A stretch of DNA of 32,000 nucleotides from Microcystis aeruginosa NIES-843 (GCF_000010625.1 NC_010296.1:1320001-1352000); one strand, 5' to 3'. Shown: positions 18,488 to 26,663, counted from the stretch's first letter. Numbers and translations: made by a program. Notes: generated by a model from the letters alone, not told the origin.

Positions 18488-20494
18488 ATGGTTGTCGCCT
18501 CCCAATCCCTCGAAGAACTTTGTATTAATGCGGTGCGTTTTTTAGCGGTGGATGCCGTAGAAAAAGCTAAATCGGGACACCCCGGACTGCCGATGGGGGC
18601 CGCACCCATGGCCTTTGTCCTCTGGGATCAATTCCTGCGTTTTAACCCGAAAAACCCCCAATGGGTCAATCGCGATCGTTTTGTTCTCTCCGCCGGTCAC
18701 GGTTGTATGCTGCAGTATGCTTTGATGTACCTGACCGGATACGATAGCGTCCCCCTAGAGGAAATTAAACAATTCCGGCAGTGGAAATCGAAAACCCCTG
18801 GCCACCCCGAAAATTTCGTCACGGAAGGGGTAGAAGTGACCACTGGTCCTCTGGGTCAAGGGATTGCTAATGGTGTCGGTTTGGCCCTAGCAGAAGCCCA
18901 TTTAGCGGCCCGTTTCAACAAGCCGGATGCCAAAATTATCGACCATTACACCTATGTGATTTTGGGTGATGGTTGCAATATGGAGGGTATTTCCGGGGAA
19001 GCTTGTTCTTTAGCCGGTCACTGGGGTTTAGGCAAGTTAATCGCTCTCTACGATGATAACCATATCTCGATCGATGGTTCCACCGATATCGCTTTCACCG
19101 AAGACGTGAGCAAGCGTTTTGAAGCCTACGGTTGGCACGTTCAGCACGTCGAGAATGGTAACACCGATTTAGATGCCATTGCCAATGCGATCGCAGCCGC
19201 CAAAGCTGTCACCGATAAACCCTCGATGATTAAAATCACCACCACCATCGGTTATGGTTCCCCCAATAAGTCTAATACCGCCGATGTTCACGGGGCAGCT
19301 TTGGGAGCAACAGAAATCGAGTTAACCCGAAAAGCATTAGGTTGGGAATACGAGCCGTTTGTGGTTCCCGATGAGGTGTTAAATCGTTTCCGGCAAGCAG
19401 TGGACAAGGGAGCGACGGCAGAAACGGACTGGAATAAGTTATTTAACGAATATCAGGCCAAATATCCCGCAGAAGCGGCTTTATTTGAACAGTTAACCAC
19501 CGGTCAACTGCCGGAAGGTTGGGAGCAAGCTTTACCGGTTTATAAACCCGAAGATAAGGCGCTCGCTAGTCGTAAACACTCGGAAATCTGCTTAAATGCG
19601 CTTGCGGGGGTTTTACCCGGTTTAATCGGTGGTTCGGCGGATTTAACCCACTCTAACTACACCGAATTAGAGCATTTTGGTAATTTCCAAAAAGGCAGTT
19701 ATCAGGAGCGTAACGTCCATTTTGGCGTGCGGGAACACGCGATGGGGGCGATTTGTAACGGGATTGCTCTCCATAACACGGGATTGATTCCCTACGGGGC
19801 GACTTTCCTGATTTTCACCGACTATATGCGGAATTCTATCCGTTTATCGGCATTGTCAGAAACCCGCGTCATCTGGGTAATGACTCACGATTCCATTGCC
19901 TTAGGGGAAGATGGACCGACTCACCAACCCGTGGAACACGTTGCTTCTCTGCGCGCTATTCCTAACCTCTTAGTCATGCGTCCGGGGGATGGTACGGAAA
20001 CTTCCGGTGCTTATAAAGTAGCGGTGAGCGAAACTAAGCGCCCGACGTTACTAGCATTATCCCGTCAAAATCTGCCCAATTTAGCGGGAACTTCCCTCGA
20101 TGGTGTGGCTAAAGGTGCTTATATTATCACCGATTCTGAAGGTACTCCCGATGTCATTCTCATCGGTACGGGTGGCGAGTTGTATCTCTGCGATAAAGCG
20201 GCTGCGGTGTTAAAAGAAGCAGGAATTAAAGCTCGCGTCGTTTCTATGCCCTGTTGGGAGCTATTCGAGGAACAATCGGCAGAATACAAAGAATCGGTAC
20301 TGCCGAAAGCAGTGAAAAAACGTCTCGCAGTGGAAGCGGGTTCAACCATGGGTTGGCATCGTTACATCACCGATGAGGGGGATGTGTTGGGGGTTGATAC
20401 CTTCGGCGCTTCTGCTCCAGGAGGTGTGATTCTAGAGAAGTTCGGTTTTACCGTGAATAACGTGGTAGCGAAGGCAAAAGCGTTGTTAGGTTAA
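18488..20494 (+). CDS. tkt: Transketolase
   Basis: 668-aa ORF. It contains SGHPG, the ThDP motif [10 protein letters not shown], and [16 protein letters not shown]. Its last 61 bp lie inside the 64-bp sequence repeated at 22650-22713. Confidence 0.93.
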   Translation: MVVASQSLEELCINAVRFLAVDAVEKAKSGHPGLPMGAAPMAFVLWDQFLRFNPKNPQWVNRDRFVLSAGHGCMLQYALMYLTGYDSVPLEEIKQFRQWKSKTPGHPENFVTEGVEVTTGPLGQGIANGVGLALAEAHLAARFNKPDAKIIDHYTYVILGDGCNMEGISGEACSLAGHWGLGKLIALYDDNHISIDGSTDIAFTEDVSKRFEAYGWHVQHVENGNTDLDAIANAIAAAKAVTDKPSMIKITTTIGYGSPNKSNTADVHGAALGATEIELTRKALGWEYEPFVVPDEVLNRFRQAVDKGATAETDWNKLFNEYQAKYPAEAALFEQLTTGQLPEGWEQALPVYKPEDKALASRKHSEICLNALAGVLPGLIGGSADLTHSNYTELEHFGNFQKGSYQERNVHFGVREHAMGAICNGIALHNTGLIPYGATFLIFTDYMRNSIRLSALSETRVIWVMTHDSIALGEDGPTHQPVEHVASLRAIPNLLVMRPGDGTETSGAYKVAVSETKRPTLLALSRQNLPNLAGTSLDGVAKGAYIITDSEGTPDVILIGTGGELYLCDKAAAVLKEAGIKARVVSMPCWELFEEQSAEYKESVLPKAVKKRLAVEAGSTMGWHRYITDEGDVLGVDTFGASAPGGVILEKFGFTVNNVVAKAKALLG

Positions 20495-20497
20495 TTA
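20434..20497 (+). repeat. Direct repeat copy 1 (64 bp): the functional tkt 3' end plus 3 bp
   Basis: agagaagttcggttttaccgtgAataacgtggtagcgaaggcaaaagcgttgttaggttaatta is identical to 22650-22713 except A20456 versus G22672. Confidence 0.95.
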
Positions 20498-20516
20498 CCT
20501 GAAATCTTAGCTGTAA

Positions 20517-20545
20517 TGAGTCAGAAAAATCTGGCTCATTTTTTT
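20517..20545 (+). terminator. Rho-independent terminator downstream of the current tkt stop
   Basis: Stem tgagtcag / ctggctca (one G-U pair), loop aaaaat, followed by a T7 run. Confidence 0.7.
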
Positions 20546-20558
20546 GTTTTTCTATTGT

Positions 20559-20584
20559 GACTGTCAGTCAGTGGACTAGGGGTC
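20559..20584 (+). promoter_or_regulatory. Putative C-box operator pair for the R-M controller protein
   Basis: GACTgtcAGTC (20559-20569), then the spacer agtg, then GACTagggGTC (20574-20584). This lies 24 bp upstream of the C-gene ATG. It matches the GACT-N3-AGTC C-box pattern known for C.PvuII-type controllers. Confidence 0.55.
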
Positions 20585-20607
20585 ACGTCAGGCAGTTTAA
20601 TCGAAGC

Positions 20608-20868
20608 ATGGCAAAGGACAATTTAGCTCAATTTGGCAGATGTTTACATAATGCTCGCATTCAAAAGGGTTTATCCCAAGAAAGGTTGGCCGAAGCGGCC
20701 AATTTGGATAGAACTTACATCAGTCTTCTTGAACGTGGTAAAAGGAATCCTTCTTTACTATGCTTGATTTCTTTATGTAGAGCATTAAACATAAGTCTTT
20801 CGGAGCTTTTTAACACTATGTCTATAAATTCCGATGTAAATACTGATGATGTCAGAAGATTTGATTAA
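20608..20868 (+). CDS. XRE-family helix-turn-helix controller (C) protein of the R-M system
   Basis: HTH core QERLAEAANLDRTYISLLERGKRNPSLLCLISLCRALNISLSELF. Its 3' end overlaps the REase start by 23 bp. The start is set at the first ATG, because the track GTG start at 20557 would lie inside the operator. Confidence 0.8.
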   Translation: MAKDNLAQFGRCLHNARIQKGLSQERLAEAANLDRTYISLLERGKRNPSLLCLISLCRALNISLSELFNTMSINSDVNTDDVRRFD

Positions 20869-21676
20869 ATTGCTTGAGCAGTTTTTGCATGATAACGAGC
20901 TTGAATGGGAATGGTTTGAAAAAATAGAAAGTTTTTGTAAGAGTTATAGTTTGAATATCAAATATATTACAGAAGTTCTCAATGATCCAAAAGTTATTCC
21001 TATGATTCGTGGCAAGTTTTTTGAGTTCACTGTACAAGATGAACTGTCAAAAATACTCGCAAATAATTATTTAGTTACTAATCCTCGCTTAAATCCTCAA
21101 GCTGGTTCTCACGATATAGATGTAGCTATTATCAATCAAAAAAACGCCAAAAAATACTCTGCTGAATGTAAGTTAGCCAAAAAAGGTAGTTTCCGTCTTC
21201 AGGGAGGTATCAGACCTTTTATTGAAGTCAAATGTATGAGATCAAGAACCTTAGGAGACAAAGCAGCAGAACAAAGGTCTAAATTGATAGGAATACCTTC
21301 AACAAGCCTAAATATTCACAAAGATCAATATATTGAAACAGATTTTGATTTAGTGATTACATCTCTTGCCAATGCTTTTTTTCAGACCAATTTAGAAACG
21401 GGACTATTTGTTTGGAAGCCCACACCAAAAGAGCAAATATTTTTAAGCAAAATTAATATTAATAATCAAGAAGAAGCCCTTTTAAAAATGTACGTTGCCA
21501 GAAGTAAAGATTTAACAGCAAATCAAACCAATAATATCAATTGTTCTCGCCAGAAATGCCACGATAACAACTGTAATTTCATCCCTAATTATCCCAAAAT
21601 TTTCTTTGATGTTAATACGGCTGAACCTCTACAACCATGGCTACCGATAGAAAAAATAGAGGATTTACTTGATTAA
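20846..21676 (+). CDS. Putative type II restriction endonuclease (PD-(D/E)XK fold)
   Basis: 276-aa AT-rich ORF co-transcribed with the C gene and convergent with the MTase. The candidate catalytic motif is SHDIDVAII...SAECKLAKK (D...E-x-K). No other family was recognised. Confidence 0.6.
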   Translation: MMSEDLIKLLEQFLHDNELEWEWFEKIESFCKSYSLNIKYITEVLNDPKVIPMIRGKFFEFTVQDELSKILANNYLVTNPRLNPQAGSHDIDVAIINQKNAKKYSAECKLAKKGSFRLQGGIRPFIEVKCMRSRTLGDKAAEQRSKLIGIPSTSLNIHKDQYIETDFDLVITSLANAFFQTNLETGLFVWKPTPKEQIFLSKININNQEEALLKMYVARSKDLTANQTNNINCSRQKCHDNNCNFIPNYPKIFFDVNTAEPLQPWLPIEKIEDLLD

Positions 21677-21685
21677 AATTAGGAA

Positions 21686-22579
21686 TCAAGATACATCGAA
21701 TAAACTTAATTGTAGAGGTGTAAATCTTGCAGGTTTCTGAAGATCATAATTAGCAATAAATACCTCCTTGCCCTTGCGTCTTTCACTCTGATAACCATGT
21801 TCTAATTTTAAACCATTTTTTTGATCATCAGTTCGATTAATAGTGTAATTCCATTCATTATCTTGTAAAGAAATACACCAATCATACATTTCTCTAATTT
21901 CGGAGCAATTATCATAAGTCAAAAGAAATTTAAATCGATGTTGATGTTTTTTCAACGTCTTACATAACCTTTCATGATCTTCTAGACTGAAGAAGCAGGA
22001 ATAGAATTTATTTTGATCTGCTTGAAAGTAAGGAGGATCGACAAATAAAAAGTAATCATCGGGTAATTGATTGATTAAATCTTCAAAATCTAAACAAGAT
22101 AAATTGACATTTTGCAGTTTTTCCGAAGTGGTTTTTAGGTGAGAAGGCCAGTTTTCAGGACGCATAGAATACTTATCACCATAGCCCCAATAACAATTTT
22201 CAAGTTTCATAATTCCTGAGTAGGAAGTTCTATTTAGATAATACCAACGCATGGCTCTTTCTAGGTCATTGGCTGGTTGAAATTCATTTTTATAATAATT
22301 GTGTAATTCTTTGGTAGCGTTTAGATCTTTTAATAATTCAATTAGACTATCAAGATGATCTTTGATATGTCGATAACAGTTCATTAATTCCTCATCTTTG
22401 TCATTGAGAATATTCTCTGCTACACTTTCCTTAGCAAAGAATATAGATGCTCCCCCCGCAAAGGGTTCACAATACTTATGGTGACTAGGAAGACAAGCTA
22501 AGATTAGCTTACGGGCATAAAATTTACCGCCAGGATAACGAAAAGGAGAATTACTAAGTTTTTTAGCGATTTTGGACAT
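21686..22579 (-). CDS. N6-adenine DNA methyltransferase, D12 class (Dam-like)
   Basis: 297-aa ORF. It contains FRYPGGKFY, the AdoMet motif CEPFAGGASIFF, and the catalytic motif VDPPYF, in the Dam-family order. Confidence 0.85.
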   Translation of the reverse strand: MSKIAKKLSNSPFRYPGGKFYARKLILACLPSHHKYCEPFAGGASIFFAKESVAENILNDKDEELMNCYRHIKDHLDSLIELLKDLNATKELHNYYKNEFQPANDLERAMRWYYLNRTSYSGIMKLENCYWGYGDKYSMRPENWPSHLKTTSEKLQNVNLSCLDFEDLINQLPDDYFLFVDPPYFQADQNKFYSCFFSLEDHERLCKTLKKHQHRFKFLLTYDNCSEIREMYDWCISLQDNEWNYTINRTDDQKNGLKLEHGYQSERRKGKEVFIANYDLQKPARFTPLQLSLFDVS

Positions 22580-22649
22580 TACCTTTGATTTTAGAGGCTT
22601 TTCTTTGAGATTATTTTAACAAAATTACGATATTTTATCTAGGAATGTC

Positions 22650-22713
22650 AGAGAAGTTCGGTTTTACCGTGGATAACGTGGTAGCGAAGGCAAAAGCGTT
22701 GTTAGGTTAATTA
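22650..22713 (+). repeat. Direct repeat copy 2 (64 bp): orphaned ancestral tkt 3' end (would encode ...[19 protein letters not shown])
   Basis: See copy 1. It is followed by its own terminator at 22736-22757. Confidence 0.95.
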
Positions 22714-22735
22714 AAACTTTGGTTTTGTGGAAAAA

Positions 22736-22757
22736 GCCCGCGCCAGCGGGTTTTTTT
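22736..22757 (+). terminator. Rho-independent terminator (probable ancestral tkt terminator)
   Basis: Stem cccgc / gcggg with loop gcca, preceded by an A5 run and followed by a T7 run. It lies 23 bp after the orphaned tkt stop. Confidence 0.7.
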
Positions 22758-22778
22758 GTGCTAGGATCTAACCCTATC

Positions 22779-23219
22779 GTGCAAAGGGTTGACTGGGTGA
22801 TTCCTTTTACAGACAGAGAACTACAAAAAGCATGGAGAGAAAATCAACGAGCGGCAAAGGTCAAAACCATAACTAACGCTCATCGTTTATTGCTATTTTA
22901 CTCCGTTGAATGTGGTCTCAAAGCGGTTTTACTGAAAAGACAAAGTAAAGATTGCACCGATTCTTGTCGAGAATTACTTGAAGTGCGGCATGATATAAAT
23001 AAGTTACTAGACAAACTAGCTGCGGGAGAAAAACTAAAACTTCCCTCACAATTAAGTATGAAACCTTTAAAAAATAATCAAGAGAGAGAGCTTTCTTCCG
23101 GTGAAATTAATCAAATGTGGCGATATGGGGGATGCTGTGAAAATATCAAGGATGGTGAATTAGAAAAAAAATTGTTAGATATATTAAGTTGGATTGCACA
23201 GGAGTTGCAGGGACTATGA
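22779..23219 (+). CDS. HEPN-like small protein (putative RNase effector). The start is uncertain: GTG at 22758, 22779 or 22797.
   Basis: There is no in-frame ATG near the 5' end. The track start at 22719 would run through the terminator. FYSVECGLKAVLLKRQ ... CRELLEVRHDINKLLDKL resembles the HEPN helix pattern, with an R-x6-H motif (R at 22968-22970, H at 22989-22991). The stop overlaps the next ATG (ATGA at 23216-23219). Confidence 0.6.
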   Translation: MQRVDWVIPFTDRELQKAWRENQRAAKVKTITNAHRLLLFYSVECGLKAVLLKRQSKDCTDSCRELLEVRHDINKLLDKLAAGEKLKLPSQLSMKPLKNNQERELSSGEINQMWRYGGCCENIKDGELEKKLLDILSWIAQELQGL

Positions 23220-25960
23220 GAAGACGGCCATTACTAACTTGGTTTGATATTAAAAGAAAAATTGCTCGCGAAACCGCTAACGGAAATGACTTACCTGATA
23301 GTATTGTTAAAATTAGTTGTTTTAGTAGTGCTTTAGAGATTGGTATTCAAAGTCAAAATGATCAACCAAAAGCTAACTCAATATTAAAAGAATGGTTCGG
23401 AGATTGGTATCAAGAATCAGAACAAATTATTCAGCTAGATATTGATAATGCTTCTATTCCTGTAGAATTTATTTTAATAGATAATAGTTCTTATTTTTCT
23501 CCATCGATTCGACCTTTTTGGCAGGAAGTCGCTTATTTAAAAGAAAATACAGATTCAGAGCAATCGGATAATTTTTTACCCAATGCTTATCAAGATAAGC
23601 CAGAAATTATTGCTTTTTATTCTTTTAAAGGTGGTGTGGGAAGAACCCTACATTTAGCCGCTTATATTCTTGCTCTCTTAGCAAGAGCAAAAGATATAAA
23701 TAAACCAATTAAAATTTTAGTTATTGACTCAGATTTAGAGGCTCCGGGGTTAACCTATTGGCAAAGGTATGAAAGTCAAGAGGCAACCGTATCTTTGAGC
23801 AATTTTTTAGAAGTTTATCAATATCCCAAGCCATCTCTAGAGGTGGCACTCTCTTGGGTAACTCAAGAAATTAAGAAAACTGCCAAACAGCAAAATAAAT
23901 CAACTTTATATTTTTTACCCGCTTTTATTGAAGAAGAAGAACTCTTAGATACTCCTATACTGCCAGAAAATTTAGCCAGAAATCCGTCGGGTGCTTGGGA
24001 GGTAGGGGATGCAATTCATCAATTAGGGCAAAAATTAGCAGTAGATTATATATTTATTGATTTAAGAGCAGGATTAAGTGAAATTTCTAGCCCAATTTTA
24101 TTTGACTCTAGAATCCAAAGATTTTTAGTAACAACAGTTAATGAGCAATCTTGGCGAGGTGTCAGGATGGTTTTAGAAAAAATTGGCTTACTAGCTCCCA
24201 GTGACTCAAAAGTAAAGGATGATAATTATTATGATCCTTCGATAATTATTAGTTTTTTAACCCCAGAAGTCAGAAATTTATCAGCATTTGAGAATATTTT
24301 AGAGCAATTACAGTCGGCTTATGTTCAACCCAAAAATGAGAGTTTATATACTACTAGACTGGATATTAAAGAAACTTATTTCGCCCAAGAGTTACTATAT
24401 GTTAACAATTGGGACGAAGCTCAAAACAAATTAAGTTCAACTTCCTTGATGGAACTGGCAAGACAATGGGCAGAAGATGAATTATCTAATAATAGCATTG
24501 CATCAGCCACACCTTCAGATAACTCCTTAGATGATGTGAAAAAACTCAGGGATACTTGCAATAAATATATTTATGCAGAAAAGGGAGAAGGGGAAGATTT
24601 ACTCATTACCGAGCCATTGAAAAATCTCGCTCGTAATTTTCAAGATAAACTACCTAATGTTATCTCAATTGGTGCTAAAGGTGCGGGAAAAACCTTTAAT
24701 TATATTCAGCTATCTCGCCTACAGTCTTGGGAAAATTTTTTAAATAAAGTTGATCCTCAAAATCAAGAAAATTCCCGAGAAAATCTCGGTTTAATATTTC
24801 CTTTACTGCAATCAAAAAATTTAGCAGAGGATGCCAAAGATATTCTTGAGCAAGCACGGCAAAATGTTAATAATTTTCTTAATAATGATTATCAATTTTC
24901 CTTCTCGGATTTAAGAGACAGAATCACGCAGTCGCTATCAAATCAGGATTGGAATGAGGTTGATTGGACAAATTTTTGGATCAAAGAAATTTCGAGAGTT
25001 TTAGGTTATAATCCTGAAAATTGTCAATTACATAAACTGCATGAATACCTTCAACAAAAAAACTCGAAGATTATATTTTTATTTGATGGATTAGAAGATG
25101 ATTTTCCTAATGTTGCCAATGATAAGGATAACCTTCAACGAAAAGCCTTGAAAGCTTTGATCGATCATTTACCCAATAAATTATCAGAAATTCGGCAATC
25201 TAATCTCGGCTTGATTGTCTTTCTGCGTCGAGATTTCTTGAGATATACAATCACACAAAACTCGCAACAATTTGAAAACTTATATCGTAATTATGATCTA
25301 TCTTGGAATCTAGAATCGTTTCTTAAACTTTCCTATTGGCTCTGCATACAATCATCGGTTATTAATGCTAACCCTCAAGATTTATTCGATTGTTCAATTG
25401 AAGATTTAAAAGGAAAACTAGAACGACTTTGGGGCAAAAAATTAGGAGCAGATAATGCAAGGGAAGCTAAGTCAGACAATTGGATTTTTGCCGCTTTAAC
25501 CGATTTTAATGGAAGACTACAAGCGCGGGATATTGTGAGATTTTTGTACCATGCTGCTAATATTACTGTAGAAAAAAAAGAAGAAATACAATTTACTAAA
25601 TGGTCGAATACTAGACTGTTACCTCCCCAAGCGATTCGACGAGCGCTTAAACCCTGTAGTGAAGAAAAAGTTGACGAGTCTAAGGAAGAATATCCTATAT
25701 TTAAAATCTGGGTACAAGAAAGGTTACATGAATATAGTGATAAAAAAATTCCTTTTTCTCTAGAACAGTTTAATCTGGATGCTACTACAGTCAATATTCT
25801 TGAGCAAATGGGAGTAATTTACGAGGACAAGGATAAAGAAGATGCAGTTCGTTATTATATGCCCGAAATATTCCGTGAAGGGTTAGGATTTTCTAGTCAA
25901 GGTGCGCGTCCTCGTGTTCTCGCTTTAAAGCGCAAAGTTTTGGGGAAATCAAATTTTTAA
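23216..25960 (+). CDS. 914-aa multidomain NTPase: unknown N-domain, then a ParA/MinD-like ATPase with KGGVGR-variant Walker A, then a second STAND-like P-loop NTPase module
   Basis: An AGGAG Shine-Dalgarno (23200-23204) precedes the ATG at 23216. Module 1 has FYSFKGGVGRT (23627-23647 = KGGVGRT), ILVIDSDLEAPG, and the Walker B-like DYIFIDLRAG. Module 2 has GAKGAGKT (24671-24694) and IIFLFDGLEDD (D at 25085-25087). The ~280-aa C-terminal region has no recognised motif. Confidence 0.8.
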   Translation: MRRRPLLTWFDIKRKIARETANGNDLPDSIVKISCFSSALEIGIQSQNDQPKANSILKEWFGDWYQESEQIIQLDIDNASIPVEFILIDNSSYFSPSIRPFWQEVAYLKENTDSEQSDNFLPNAYQDKPEIIAFYSFKGGVGRTLHLAAYILALLARAKDINKPIKILVIDSDLEAPGLTYWQRYESQEATVSLSNFLEVYQYPKPSLEVALSWVTQEIKKTAKQQNKSTLYFLPAFIEEEELLDTPILPENLARNPSGAWEVGDAIHQLGQKLAVDYIFIDLRAGLSEISSPILFDSRIQRFLVTTVNEQSWRGVRMVLEKIGLLAPSDSKVKDDNYYDPSIIISFLTPEVRNLSAFENILEQLQSAYVQPKNESLYTTRLDIKETYFAQELLYVNNWDEAQNKLSSTSLMELARQWAEDELSNNSIASATPSDNSLDDVKKLRDTCNKYIYAEKGEGEDLLITEPLKNLARNFQDKLPNVISIGAKGAGKTFNYIQLSRLQSWENFLNKVDPQNQENSRENLGLIFPLLQSKNLAEDAKDILEQARQNVNNFLNNDYQFSFSDLRDRITQSLSNQDWNEVDWTNFWIKEISRVLGYNPENCQLHKLHEYLQQKNSKIIFLFDGLEDDFPNVANDKDNLQRKALKALIDHLPNKLSEIRQSNLGLIVFLRRDFLRYTITQNSQQFENLYRNYDLSWNLESFLKLSYWLCIQSSVINANPQDLFDCSIEDLKGKLERLWGKKLGADNAREAKSDNWIFAALTDFNGRLQARDIVRFLYHAANITVEKKEEIQFTKWSNTRLLPPQAIRRALKPCSEEKVDESKEEYPIFKIWVQERLHEYSDKKIPFSLEQFNLDATTVNILEQMGVIYEDKDKEDAVRYYMPEIFREGLGFSSQGARPRVLALKRKVLGKSNF

Positions 25961-25991
25961 TGGTTCGAGCTTTTTGGCAATGACTATATGA

Positions 25992-26195
25992 TTGATTGTT
26001 GTCAGCTTTTCAAAACAGGATTTGCTATTACCCAGCATTGGGGAATTGATTCGTTCATCAAAAAAGCTACACTACTGGGATTCTTGTGTTTTTTTAGCTT
26101 TCCTGAAAAATGAAAAGGATAAAATTAATGATTGTATTTCTGTTCTCAAAGTAGCTGAAAATGGTCAGGTAATCTGTCACCGCCGCCTACTCTAG
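25992..26195 (+). pseudogene. Truncated N-terminal fragment of a PIN-domain (VapC-like) toxin gene
   Basis: KKLHYWDSCVFLAFLKNE...VLKVAENGQVI resembles the first ~45 residues of PIN toxins (the h-h-D-[ST]-x-V-h-h pattern with the first catalytic Asp). The frame then ends after CHRRLL. There is no ATG start and it abuts the tRNA 3' end. Confidence 0.35.
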
Positions 26196-26232
26196 TGCAG
26201 TCAAAGCCGATCACCCGAAGCCATCAAAACTA

Positions 26233-26305
26233 TCCAGGGTGCAGGAGTTGAACCTGCCTAGCACGAATTATGAGTTCGTTGCCTCAACCGCTCGGCCAAC
26301 CCTGG
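26233..26305 (-). tRNA. tRNA with CAU anticodon (elongator Met, or more likely the lysidine-modified Ile2 type)
   Basis: The minus strand reads CCAGGGT TG GCCGAGCGGTTGAGGC A ACGAA CTCATAA TTCGT GCTAG GCAGG TTCAACT CCTGC ACCCTGG A. This gives a perfect 7-bp acceptor stem, a 5-bp anticodon stem, a 5-bp T stem, U33, anticodon CAT and A37. No CCA is encoded. The D-arm and T-loop resemble the plastid trnI-CAU as I recall it. Confidence 0.85.
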
Positions 26306-26369
26306 GTTATACTATTAACTCATTATAGATCGGTAATCACTCCGAACGTGAAAATCCAGCCCCACCAAG

Positions 26370-26663
26370 ATGAAAAAATTTGCAATCAGCACCTCCTTGC
26401 AGTTAGGACTCCTTTTGATGGTAGCCATGTTAGCCGCCGGCTTCGGTAGCGGTTGGGTAGCCTATCAATTGGGAATCGCCTCCCTGAAGGGAGTCAGTCA
26501 ACCGGATATCAACCCTGCTAAAAAGTTTACCAACGATCGCACCAGTTATGGTCGCAATCAAACTTTTATCCCCGTGAAAGAAGAAGAGGTGCTGAAAAGA
26601 GTGAGAGTTTATATGCAACAACAGAAAAACCAACCGCAATCAAAGGATGAAACCAAAGGATAG
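26370..26663 (+). CDS. Small membrane-anchored hypothetical protein (97 aa)
   Basis: ATG-initiated ORF with one N-terminal hydrophobic span (LQLGLLLMVAMLAAGFGSGWVAY) and a charged tail. No motif was recognised. Confidence 0.5.
   Translation: MKKFAISTSLQLGLLLMVAMLAAGFGSGWVAYQLGIASLKGVSQPDINPAKKFTNDRTSYGRNQTFIPVKEEEVLKRVRVYMQQQKNQPQSKDETKG

Noticed and set aside
17526-18609. Minus ORFs 17526-17837, 18190-18372 and 18382-18609
   Set aside because: They are antisense to fabF or overlap the tkt start. Their translations are not protein-like.
20557-20607. GTG start at 20557 extending the C protein to 103 aa
   Set aside because: The extension would cover the C-box palindromes and has no HTH-family counterpart. 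ATG 20608 gives a typical ~86-aa controller.
22719-22757. TTG start at 22719 for the HEPN-like ORF
   Set aside because: This start would make the coding region run through the orphaned tkt terminator hairpin and its T-tract. A downstream GTG is more plausible.
25375-25794. 139-aa minus ORF inside the large NTPase gene
   Set aside because: It is antisense to a long, motif-bearing ORF, and its AT-rich sequence gives spurious frames.
20498-26232. Integrase-type att duplication of the tRNA 3' end at the far island border
   Set aside because: I scanned by eye for tccagggtgcagg-like sequence near 20498, 22714 and within the island and found none. A computational search is still needed.
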